Below are positions 23,323-31,616 of a DNA stretch of 46,875 nt, piece by piece. The DNA comes from an uncultured Armatimonadia bacterium (GTDB lineage: Bacteria; Armatimonadota; Zipacnadia; Zipacnadales; CAYWBK01). Below the pieces are notes generated by a model that worked only from the letters and a program-made list of their open reading frames with translations, was not told the origin of the DNA and did no database searches. The DNA lies in NCBI GenBank assembly GCA_964455745.1, contig CAYWBK010000002.1:1-46875 (forward strand). The letters are read 5' to 3'. Within the stretch, counting starts at the first letter, position 1, and the number at the start of each line of letters is the position of its first letter. The position numbers and the translations under genes are program-made.

Positions 23323-26099
23323 GCCGCCAGCCTCTCATTCAGCTCTGCGAGGATGGGCTGCAGTCGCTCGCCGAACAGCTCATACACCCGGCCCAGTCCG
23401 CCCATCTGTGCGAAGGGAACGTCGTCGAAATCCTGCCGCTCGACGCGAAGGCTCGCCGCGATGTGGTCGCGAATCGCGTCCAGCCACTGCTGCTGCTCCG
23501 GGGTGAACCGGGCACCACCCGCCTCCTGCTCCATAAGCCACTCCTGGTAGCGGTGCTCGACTACCGCCGCCAGGGGCAACAGCGGCTCATCGGGGGTGAT
23601 GGCGTGACGTACCAAGGCGACTAGGTCGGCGATCTGCTTGCCTCCAGGCCCCTTCACCTTCCGGGGCTCTACAGCCGCATAGGCTGCCCAGAGCTGCTCC
23701 GGCTCAGACTGCAGGGGCGGCCGCCTGATGGCTGCGGCCAGGTCCTTGATGTGTCGGAAACGCAAGCCCTCCTGGTATGGACGGCTGTACAGCAGGCGGA
23801 TGCCCTCCAGCTCATCCTTGTTGTCCTCGATGAACTGGCGGAAGCTGGTGATGAGTCCTTTGGCCCTTTCGAGGGTCTTCGGGTCTCCTCCCGCGTAGAG
23901 GAGCTTGTCCTGCGTCACCTCGTCGATGGTCTGTTCCAGCAGTTGCCGGATCTCCAGAATGCGATCCCGTAGCTTCGGGTCTAGGAAGGGCCGTAGGGCC
24001 TGCACGACCATCGCCCTGTTGAGATGGCGGACCTCTTCGCCGGTGGGTTCCCGCCCGATATCCGCGAAGGCCTCAGCAGCCCGCCGCCACTGCTCGTCCG
24101 GGTCCACGCTACGGACGAGGTCAGCAGCCAGAGCCTTGGCATCCTTGCCTTCGGCAACCAGGGACACCTGTGCACGCTGCTCGTCATCCATTTGGCGATC
24201 CAGGCGAATCAGCCGTGAGGCCAGCGTCGATGCGAGACTCGACGTTGCCACCCCTCGTGCCGCCAACTGCAGCAGCTTCTCCAGCGGCACGGTGGGCTGC
24301 CGATCGAGAGGCTTGGTCTCGGTCTTGTCACGGTCACAGACGCCAACCGCGTCGACGATGACGAAGTGGGTCTTCGCCCTGGGGTGGTCCATGACGTGGG
24401 CCATCTCGTCCGCGTCGCAGATCCGTACACCTCGGCCCTTCATCTGCTCGAAGTAGCCCGCCGAGTTGACGTTCCGCATGAACAGTAGGCACTCCAGCGG
24501 CTTCACGTCGGTGCCGGTGGCGATCATGTCCACGGTAACGGCGATTCGTGGAAAGTAGGCGTTGCGGAACTCATTCAGGAGGACGTCCGGCTTCTTCCCA
24601 GTGGTCTTGTAGGTGATCTTCTGACAGAAGTCATTGCCTTTGCCGAACTCCTCTCGGAAGATGCGGGTGATGCCCTCGGCGTGCGAGTCGTCCTTGGCGA
24701 AGACAAGCGTCTTGGGCACCTCGCTCCTGCCCGGGAAGATGGCGGAGCCCGAGGGGCCAGCAGTGAAGAGACGATCTCGGAAGGTGCGGACGACGAGACG
24801 TATCTGGTCCCTGGCGACGACGTCGCGGTCGAGTTGGGCGGCCGTGTAGGTGAGATCGTCGTCCAGTTCTTCATATCGGACGGCACGAGTCCGGCGATCA
24901 CGCCTCGGCACCCGGAACCCCGGGGCCTTCCTCAGCGTCGCCCCCGTCTGGGTGACCTCAGTGTCGATGCGGTAGACGTCGAAGGTCACGTTGACGCCGT
25001 CGGCCACGGCGTCCGCGTGTCCGTATTCCATGACCAGGTTGTTGTCGAAGAACCCGATCGTCTGCTTGGTGGGGGTAGCGGTCAAGCCGATGACGAACGC
25101 GTCGAAGTAGTCCAGCACCTGTCGCCACTGGTTGTAGATGCTACGATGACACTCATCCACGACGATGACATCGAAGGTCTCGACCGGGATGTTCGGATTG
25201 TAGGTGACGGGCTCCGGCTCCCTGTGAATGGCGGCATCGGCCTCGAACCACGACGTCTCATCGTTCTCCTCCGCGTACTCCTCGTGCCCCTGCAGCATCG
25301 AGAACAGCCTCTGAACGGTGGAGATGCACACCCGGGCAGTCGGGTTCAGCACGTTCGACCGCAGGTGCTGGATGACGAACTCCTCGCCAAACGGCCTGCT
25401 GGCCTCCGGGCTGCGGTAGTCCGCGAACCGCTCACGAGCCTGCTTCCCGAGGTTGTTCCGATCTACAAGGAACAACACGCGGCGTGCACCAGCGTGCTTG
25501 ACGAGCCTGTAGACTGTGGCACATGCGACTCGAGTCTTCCCCGAGCCGGTCGCCATCTGGATCAGTGACTTCGGGCGGTTCTCGGCGAGGGACGCCTCCA
25601 GCTTGTGGACGGCCTCGACCTGTACCCGCCACAAGCCGTGAGCGTTGAGCTCGGGGAGCTCCCTCAGCCCCTGGCGGAATTGGCGGTCCAACTGGGCGAG
25701 ACGCCGCAGCTCTTCCGGACGATGGAATGCGAAGACCCGTCGGCTTCGGGGGTCGGGATCCAGGCGGTTGGTGAACTGCGTCTCCACACCCGTGCTCTCG
25801 TAGTGGAACGGCAGCGGGCGGGCATAGACGGGGATGTCCTCGGCGAGGCCATCGAGATACTTCAGCGACTGGACTTCGACTCCGGCGAGGGTGTGACCCT
25901 TCGACTTGGCCTCAACGGCCCCCAGGGCCTTGCCGTCGACGTAGAGCAGGTAGTCGGCGTGACCGGTGGCCAGCGGGAACTCGCGGACGGCGATGCCGGT
26001 CGCGGCCGAGATGTGCATCTGCTGGAGGTCCTGGACGACCCAGCCCGCCGCCGCGAGTTGCTCGTCAATCTCCAGCCTGGCTTCGTCTTCCGGCTTCAT
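23319..26099 (-). CDS. hsdR: Type I restriction enzyme R subunit (HsdR) with an EcoEI-type C-terminal domain
   Basis: N-terminus is EARLEIDEQLAAAGW. Helicase motifs are MATGSGKT and VVDECHRS. The C-terminal region resembles the EcoEI R C-terminal domain. Start at 26099 (AGGGGG upstream) is preferred; 26150 or 26255 are possible. Confidence 0.85.
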   Translation of the reverse strand: MKPEDEARLEIDEQLAAAGWVVQDLQQMHISAATGIAVREFPLATGHADYLLYVDGKALGAVEAKSKGHTLAGVEVQSLKYLDGLAEDIPVYARPLPFHYESTGVETQFTNRLDPDPRSRRVFAFHRPEELRRLAQLDRQFRQGLRELPELNAHGLWRVQVEAVHKLEASLAENRPKSLIQMATGSGKTRVACATVYRLVKHAGARRVLFLVDRNNLGKQARERFADYRSPEASRPFGEEFVIQHLRSNVLNPTARVCISTVQRLFSMLQGHEEYAEENDETSWFEADAAIHREPEPVTYNPNIPVETFDVIVVDECHRSIYNQWRQVLDYFDAFVIGLTATPTKQTIGFFDNNLVMEYGHADAVADGVNVTFDVYRIDTEVTQTGATLRKAPGFRVPRRDRRTRAVRYEELDDDLTYTAAQLDRDVVARDQIRLVVRTFRDRLFTAGPSGSAIFPGRSEVPKTLVFAKDDSHAEGITRIFREEFGKGNDFCQKITYKTTGKKPDVLLNEFRNAYFPRIAVTVDMIATGTDVKPLECLLFMRNVNSAGYFEQMKGRGVRICDADEMAHVMDHPRAKTHFVIVDAVGVCDRDKTETKPLDRQPTVPLEKLLQLAARGVATSSLASTLASRLIRLDRQMDDEQRAQVSLVAEGKDAKALAADLVRSVDPDEQWRRAAEAFADIGREPTGEEVRHLNRAMVVQALRPFLDPKLRDRILEIRQLLEQTIDEVTQDKLLYAGGDPKTLERAKGLITSFRQFIEDNKDELEGIRLLYSRPYQEGLRFRHIKDLAAAIRRPPLQSEPEQLWAAYAAVEPRKVKGPGGKQIADLVALVRHAITPDEPLLPLAAVVEHRYQEWLMEQEAGGARFTPEQQQWLDAIRDHIAASLRVERQDFDDVPFAQMGGLGRVYELFGERLQPILAELNERLAA

Positions 26100-26206
26100 G
26101 CGGCACCCCCTGGGGCACTCTCCAGTCTGTCGGTGCTGGGCTGACGACATGTTCGCTCTCTGCCCCGCCGTGTCCTCCGCTGGTTCACAGATCGGCAACA
26201 ATCGCA

Positions 26207-27469
26207 TCACGGCATCCTTCGGCGGGGAATCGGCGACACATCCGAGGCCGAGCATGGCCTTCTGGCCGAAGCCAACACCCTACATCGTCCCGAGAGCAGA
26301 TCCTCGATCGCCTCCCGTCTCAGCACCTCCAACGCAGCGATGCTCTTCCGACTGGTGCGTTCCACCTCGTCCACGGCCTCGAGGTCTCGAGCGATGCTGA
26401 TCTGCTCTTCGATCGTGGCCGGGATGGGGATCGGGAGATCGCCCAAGGCACCGTGGTCGATGGTGGTCATCCTGGACGCCTTCGCCGTCGACCGCAGGTG
26501 CCGCTCGGCCGCCTCCGTCTGGCAGTAGTGCCACAGGTAGTGTGGCGAGACCCTCTGGACGTCGGGGCAGAACCTGGCGAGGTGGCAGTCGAAGAGGATC
26601 GGCTGTTCGGTGGCCCTCACCAGGATCGAGCGACCGATGCCGTCGGGGATGATCGACGACCGCAGGAACAGGCAATCGCCGGATCCGACGCCGAACCTCT
26701 CGACCTCCGCATCGGTGGCCTCGACCCTCGCCAGGGCTCCGACGTCGAGACCATCCCACGAGAACACGTCCGGTGGCCGGATGATGGGAACCCCGCCCCG
26801 GTCGGCGTCCACCGCACTCGGCCTGAAGACCCCGTTGCGAAGGGGGATCGCAGCGAGGTCCTTCAGCCTGGCGGTGTGCCACACTTCGCCGACAGGGCGG
26901 AACGCTGCCCAGGCCATCGCTCGTGCGACCTCTCGTGATGCTACGATGGTTCGCTCCGTCTCCTCGATCGCCTCATCGATGCTCACCAGCAGGCCGCAGA
27001 TCCAGACCCGTTCGTCCTCGGGTGGTACGAAAATGGGACAGCGTCGCAGTTCGTGCCATGAGGTGCGGGGCATGTCGATGCCCCCGCTCTTCGCGATGGC
27101 GAACCCGATCACGTTCCGACTCTGGCACACGTAGAGCAGGAACTCCGGTTCCAGGTCGTCGTTCGGCACCAGCACCAGGATGTCGGCCGAGCAGCTCCCA
27201 TCGCGGTCGGCGAGGTTCACCTTCCCGAACCGTGGCCGCAGGCCGCTGAACAGGACGTCCCCCCTGTGGCACCTCGCCTTGGCCCCCGAGAGGGCTGGCG
27301 ACTCAGAGACCCGGGCGTACCTCCTGTCGGGCACCATGTCCTCGATCCCGACGTGAGCCCCCATCGCCGGAGCCCTGGTGGCGGGACGCGGGCGACACAG
27401 GTCTCCGAGGGTTCCCACCTTCCACCCCGGGGGCGTCTCACGGGCATGCTCAGGGAGTTGGATCGACAC
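26207..27469 (-). CDS. hsdS: Type I R-M specificity subunit (HsdS, copy 2)
   Basis: PPGWKVGTLGDL start, two TRD-like halves and the conserved ...EEQISIARDLEAVDE...LLSGRCRV end. It overlaps the hsdM2 stop by 20 nt. Confidence 0.75.
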   Translation of the reverse strand: MSIQLPEHARETPPGWKVGTLGDLCRPRPATRAPAMGAHVGIEDMVPDRRYARVSESPALSGAKARCHRGDVLFSGLRPRFGKVNLADRDGSCSADILVLVPNDDLEPEFLLYVCQSRNVIGFAIAKSGGIDMPRTSWHELRRCPIFVPPEDERVWICGLLVSIDEAIEETERTIVASREVARAMAWAAFRPVGEVWHTARLKDLAAIPLRNGVFRPSAVDADRGGVPIIRPPDVFSWDGLDVGALARVEATDAEVERFGVGSGDCLFLRSSIIPDGIGRSILVRATEQPILFDCHLARFCPDVQRVSPHYLWHYCQTEAAERHLRSTAKASRMTTIDHGALGDLPIPIPATIEEQISIARDLEAVDEVERTSRKSIAALEVLRREAIEDLLSGRCRVLASARRPCSASDVSPIPRRRMP

Positions 27470-28958
27470 GCGTCAGCTCCCCCATGCGAGATCGAAGCGT
27501 CGCCATCGCCCGCTCCCGGGCGGTCTCGGCTTCGTCGAGGGCCGCCATCGCGGCGGCCAGGTCCGCCGATTTCTTCGGATCGAAGGTGTCGACGTACCTC
27601 GGAACGCTCAGGATGAACCCCTCGGCGGCGATCTCGTCCATCGCCACCAGGCGACAGTAGCGATCCTCGTCCCGCCCCGACTCGAAGGCCTCCACGATCC
27701 GATCCACGTCCTCCGGCCGCAGGCGATTCCGTCTCCGCACCCGTTCGTAGCCACCGGAGGCGTCGATGAACAGCACTCTGCCCTGCCGTCGCTCCGGCTT
27801 GCGGCGGTTGAAGATGAGCAGGCACGCTGGGATGGAGTTGCCGTGGAAGATGTCCGCTGGCAGCCCGATCACCGCCTCGATGATGTCGTCCTCCAGGATG
27901 GCTCGTCTGATCCGGCCTTCCGATCTCCCCCGGTAGAGCACGCCCTGACTGCACACGACTCCCGCCCGTCCGGACTCGTTCATGCTGGCGATGATGTGCT
28001 GGAGGTAGGCGAAGTCGCCGTTCCCTTTCGGCGGCACGCCGTACGTGAACCGCCCGAAGGGATCATCGCTCAGCTCATCGCATCCCCAGAACTTGTCGGA
28101 GAAGGGGAAGTTGGCGATGACGACGTCGAAGGTCTGCAGTGTCCCGTCCCCTGTCAGGAACTGGGGATCGGTGAGCGTGGAGGCCCCGCCTCGGATCTCG
28201 GCCTCCAGGCCGTGCATCAGCATGTTCATCCTCGCGATTGCCCACGTGCTCCAGTTACGCTCCTGGCCGAACAGCCTCATGGCACGGGCTCCGTCGGACC
28301 CGCTTTGCCGCCGCAAGTGCTCGGCACCGTAGATGAGCATCCCGCCCGAGCCACAGGTGGGGTCGTAGATCGTTGCGTTGGGTGCGGGCTCGAGGATGCG
28401 GATCAGCACCTGGACGATCTCACGGGGGGTGTAGAACTCGCAGCCCCTGGCTCCCGAGTCGTCGGCGAACCTGCCGATGAGGTGCTCGTATCCCCTCCGC
28501 AGGACGTCCGCGTCGACGTTGGCGTCGGAGAGGTCGTGCTTGTCGAACTCGAGTACGAGAGCCCGTAGCACCTCGCCCCCGATGCGGGGCTTCTGGACGC
28601 CGTCGTCGTTCACGGTGGCGTTCCAACTCACGGAGCGGAGGACGGCGTCGAGTTGGGGGTTGGCGGAGCCGACGACGGACATCACATCGTCGAGTCGCCG
28701 CCCGAGCCGATCGGGAGGCGTGTCGGAGAGGTCCTGCCAGGAGCATCCCGGCGGGATCTCGATGCGGCGTGGGCCGTTCTGGCTGCGGGTGGCCCTCCGC
28801 CGTCCGGCCGTCTGGGCTTCGAACTGCGATTGGTCGGCGAGCCGCTTGTAGAACACCAGAGTCAAGATGTGGCTCCTGAACTCCTCCGAATCGATGGAGC
28901 CCCGAAGCACGTCGGCACAACTCCACAGGTGGGTCTCCAGTTGTTGCTGGGTCAGCAT
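27450..28958 (-). CDS. hsdM: Type I R-M methyltransferase subunit (HsdM, copy 2; different subfamily from copy 1)
   Basis: ATG 28958 has GAGGGGA upstream. N-terminus is LWSCADVLRGSIDSEEFRSHILTLVFYKRLAD. Motif I is DPTCGSGGML. Motif IV reads ANFPFS rather than NPPF. Confidence 0.8.
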   Translation of the reverse strand: MLTQQQLETHLWSCADVLRGSIDSEEFRSHILTLVFYKRLADQSQFEAQTAGRRRATRSQNGPRRIEIPPGCSWQDLSDTPPDRLGRRLDDVMSVVGSANPQLDAVLRSVSWNATVNDDGVQKPRIGGEVLRALVLEFDKHDLSDANVDADVLRRGYEHLIGRFADDSGARGCEFYTPREIVQVLIRILEPAPNATIYDPTCGSGGMLIYGAEHLRRQSGSDGARAMRLFGQERNWSTWAIARMNMLMHGLEAEIRGGASTLTDPQFLTGDGTLQTFDVVIANFPFSDKFWGCDELSDDPFGRFTYGVPPKGNGDFAYLQHIIASMNESGRAGVVCSQGVLYRGRSEGRIRRAILEDDIIEAVIGLPADIFHGNSIPACLLIFNRRKPERRQGRVLFIDASGGYERVRRRNRLRPEDVDRIVEAFESGRDEDRYCRLVAMDEIAAEGFILSVPRYVDTFDPKKSADLAAAMAALDEAETARERAMATLRSRMGELTRVDPTP

Positions 28959-29156
28959 CGGATGTTCCCCTCGATGATGCCCGTCGTGCGGTCGAGACGC
29001 CGCACGGCCAAGCGTGTTGTCATGTTCCCGTCCCGCCGTGGCGTCTCCTCCGACTTCGCAAGTCCCGCCGCAGGTCGCTCGGCAGCCCCTATCGGCGAGG
29101 AACTCCCCGCCTCGGCGGGGAAACGTCGTGCACCGACGCCAGCACCCGGAGTGCCC

Positions 29157-30872
29157 ATGCCCAGCCTCGTCCTCGACACCCTCAGAGTCCTCCTCCTCGA
29201 CCCTCGCTCCGACCCGTTGGATGTGGGGCTGGCCCTGCACGCCCTGACGCCGGAGGATCTGGCGGGGATAGGGTGCGGATCGCTCAAGGAGCTGTTGGGC
29301 CAAGTATTGCAGAAGAACGGGAAGCCCGAGTACTCCACCGTCATGCGATGGGTTCGAGCCGCCAGCGTGCTCTCCGGCTCCGACGATCCAAGGCGGGAGT
29401 GGGGCATCAGCAGGCTGGCGGAGGTAGCACGATGTTCTGACTCCGGGTCCCGCCGGAAGCTGCTACAGGCCAGGGGAAAGACCATCGGCAGGACGACGGT
29501 GCGGGAACTGCGTGAGGCGGTGGCCGTCCACGGAGCCGAGAGGCGTGACAGCCCCGACGCCGACGAGCCGCACTCCATCCTCGAGCGTGCCATCGAGATC
29601 GCCCTGCGGCACGAGCGGCCGGACGCAGCGGTCGAGATCGAGGTGCAGAGGAGCAAGGGCAAGCGGCCGACCTTCACGGTAGCCGCCAGGGGCGGTGCCA
29701 CCGACGCCGACATGGCCGAGGCACTGGGGACGGCCTCACGGGTCATGTCGGCCATCGCCACGTCCAAGGCCGCATGGCGGAAGGGAGGCCCGAAGCCCAT
29801 CCGGGTCCCCAAGCCCATGCCGGTCGACGACATCCTCGCCCTGCCGCCCAGCCAGCTCGAGGCCAGGTGGCTGGATCCCGACGCGGTGCAGATCACAAAG
29901 GAGGGCACGCCGATCCTGCACCTGCCGGTGGAGCGGTGTGAGCAGACCAACCACCGACTGGTGTGGCCGGAGGGCAACGTCAAGGTCCGGGACGTGTTCG
30001 GCATCATCGATTCCATCAGCCAGGGCTGCCTGCGGATCGCCACCGGTTGGCCTGGCACCCACGAGCCCTGTTTCACGCTCGATGGCAGCCGAACGACCGG
30101 GTGCTACGCCAACCATACCAAATGGGCGGGGATCAGCAGGAGCGAGCACGGTAGCTTCGACGTCATCAGCAACGGCCTCGTGAACCAGCTCATGAAGCTC
30201 CGGCTGCCACTCGATGGTAGCCCCGCCCTCGACCGCCAGACCCGGAGGATGTGGCGGGTGGACGCGGAATCCACCGACGGTGCCCTCTCGGTGTCGCTCG
30301 GAGTCTTCCAGGCTTGGGCGGAGGCGAACCCCGACCACCGCCTCATGACGATCTGCAGCCACCAGTTCAGTCCCTCGGACGAGATGCTCGCGTGGCTTTC
30401 CGCCCTGAGGAATGCCTGGACGGGGCACACGGTGGCGGCAGCCGGACTGTCCCCGGAGGAGGTGGACATGCGGTTCGCCTCCATCCGCCGCTTCCTGGAC
30501 TGGGGCGTCGCCTGTGCCGTGTGGATCGTCACCCACCCCACCTGGGACAACCAGAGCGTGCTCGATCGGGTCCTCGAACTGGTGCCGCCCGAGGCCATCA
30601 TCGAGGCCCCCTACCGTTTCCGAACCCTCGACCAGGCCCTGCCGGTGCTGCACGTCAACCGCCTCGGTGCCTGCAGCGATTATCGCCTCACCCGCTACGG
30701 CGTGGCCTGCCACGTCCGCAGGGACGTCGACCCCCAGACCGGCGAGATCGTCCCCACGCTCGTGGATGCCTCCGACAGCGAGGTGACGCACGCCGCACAC
30801 TCCAAGTGTGGCGGTGGCTGCGAGCTGCTGTGCGGGCTGAACGCCCTCGACCGTCGCAACGCCGCCCGCTGA
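29157..30872 (+). CDS. Protein with a HTH/ParB-like N-terminal region and a C-terminal Cys-rich domain of unknown function (paralogous to the middle of the giant MTase)
   Basis: ATG 29157 has GGAG upstream and the gene is divergent from hsdM2. The C-terminal ~330 aa align by eye with residues encoded at ~33.18-34.2 kb (LKLRLP.DG.P, DG.LS.SLG..QAW.E.NP, FSPSDEML.W, VW..T.P.WDN.S...R.LELVPP..IIEAP, L.L..LGAC.D). Confidence 0.55.
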   Translation: MPSLVLDTLRVLLLDPRSDPLDVGLALHALTPEDLAGIGCGSLKELLGQVLQKNGKPEYSTVMRWVRAASVLSGSDDPRREWGISRLAEVARCSDSGSRRKLLQARGKTIGRTTVRELREAVAVHGAERRDSPDADEPHSILERAIEIALRHERPDAAVEIEVQRSKGKRPTFTVAARGGATDADMAEALGTASRVMSAIATSKAAWRKGGPKPIRVPKPMPVDDILALPPSQLEARWLDPDAVQITKEGTPILHLPVERCEQTNHRLVWPEGNVKVRDVFGIIDSISQGCLRIATGWPGTHEPCFTLDGSRTTGCYANHTKWAGISRSEHGSFDVISNGLVNQLMKLRLPLDGSPALDRQTRRMWRVDAESTDGALSVSLGVFQAWAEANPDHRLMTICSHQFSPSDEMLAWLSALRNAWTGHTVAAAGLSPEEVDMRFASIRRFLDWGVACAVWIVTHPTWDNQSVLDRVLELVPPEAIIEAPYRFRTLDQALPVLHVNRLGACSDYRLTRYGVACHVRRDVDPQTGEIVPTLVDASDSEVTHAAHSKCGGGCELLCGLNALDRRNAAR

Positions 30873-30955
30873 ACGTTTCTCTCCCCGATCGCCGCCACAC
30901 GCCGCTCTTCATGCACGTCACTCGCTGGCTCTGGTGACCGCCTTCGCACGCCTGT

Positions 30956-30983
30956 CGAGGTGGGGATCACGATCCCCACCTCG
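30956..30983 (+). terminator. Strong hairpin (CGAGGTGGGGATC-AC-GATCCCCACCTCG) 3' of gene 29157..30872
   Basis: 13-nt perfect inverted arms about 85 nt after the stop. No clear T-tract. Confidence 0.4.
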
Positions 30984-31301
30984 TGCGGCCTCCTGAGCAT
31001 CCCGTTGACGTCGTCCCATCCATCCCGCCGACCGCCCCGATGGTGACGGTGCCACCGCTCCTCCCTGGCTCCGATGAGGCCCCATCACGCCTTCCCGCCG
31101 CCCTTCCGCCGACCTCGTGAACTCGTCCATCGTCAGTTCCCGTGCCGCGGTTCCCGACGCCTCCATGCCTCCTGGCTCCCGGTTCGCCGACGGGACTCCG
31201 TCCGTCCTGTCACCACTTCGGAGATGCCCAGCTACGGCCTTCCACGACCGTTCTCCTGTGGTTCGGACATGGCATTTTGTCCGCAGATGCCGTCCGGTTC
31301 C

Positions 31302-31597
31302 AACCTGCCTTGCCGGGCCGCCGACCCAGTGCCACCGGGGCTGGAGGTGGTTCCGATTAGCCCGAAGCCGAGGCCCGAATCCAGCCCCATCGCAGCACCG
31401 ATCATGCCATCGTATGGGCACATGTCGTTCGCCCATTCCGACCTGCCTTGCCGGGCCACCCTCCGAGTGCCACCAGCGTCGGAGGTGGTTCACATGAACC
31501 CAGAACCGACGACGCAGGCCACGCCAGTTCATGCGGCATGTGCAGAACGACACTTGCATCCCGACTTGCCTTGCCCCGCTCCCGCCCCGATGCCACA
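31302..31597 (+). promoter_or_regulatory. Island leader motif, copies 2-4 (three tandem units in front of the giant MTase gene)
   Basis: Copies are at 31302-31336, 31440-31474 and 31563-31597. Each is followed by GGAGGTG(G). Copies 3 and 4 are then followed by ATG (31494, 31617). Confidence 0.5.
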
Positions 31598-31616
31598 GGC
31601 GTCGGAGGTGATCCAA

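Noticed and set aside
31074-31616. N-terminal 181 codons of the 1729-aa ORF as coding sequence
   Set aside because: This part consists of the repeated leader units. Its conservation is at the nucleotide level, since the same motif is read in other frames or lies outside coding regions elsewhere. A strong SD precedes ATG 31617, just before the ParB domain.
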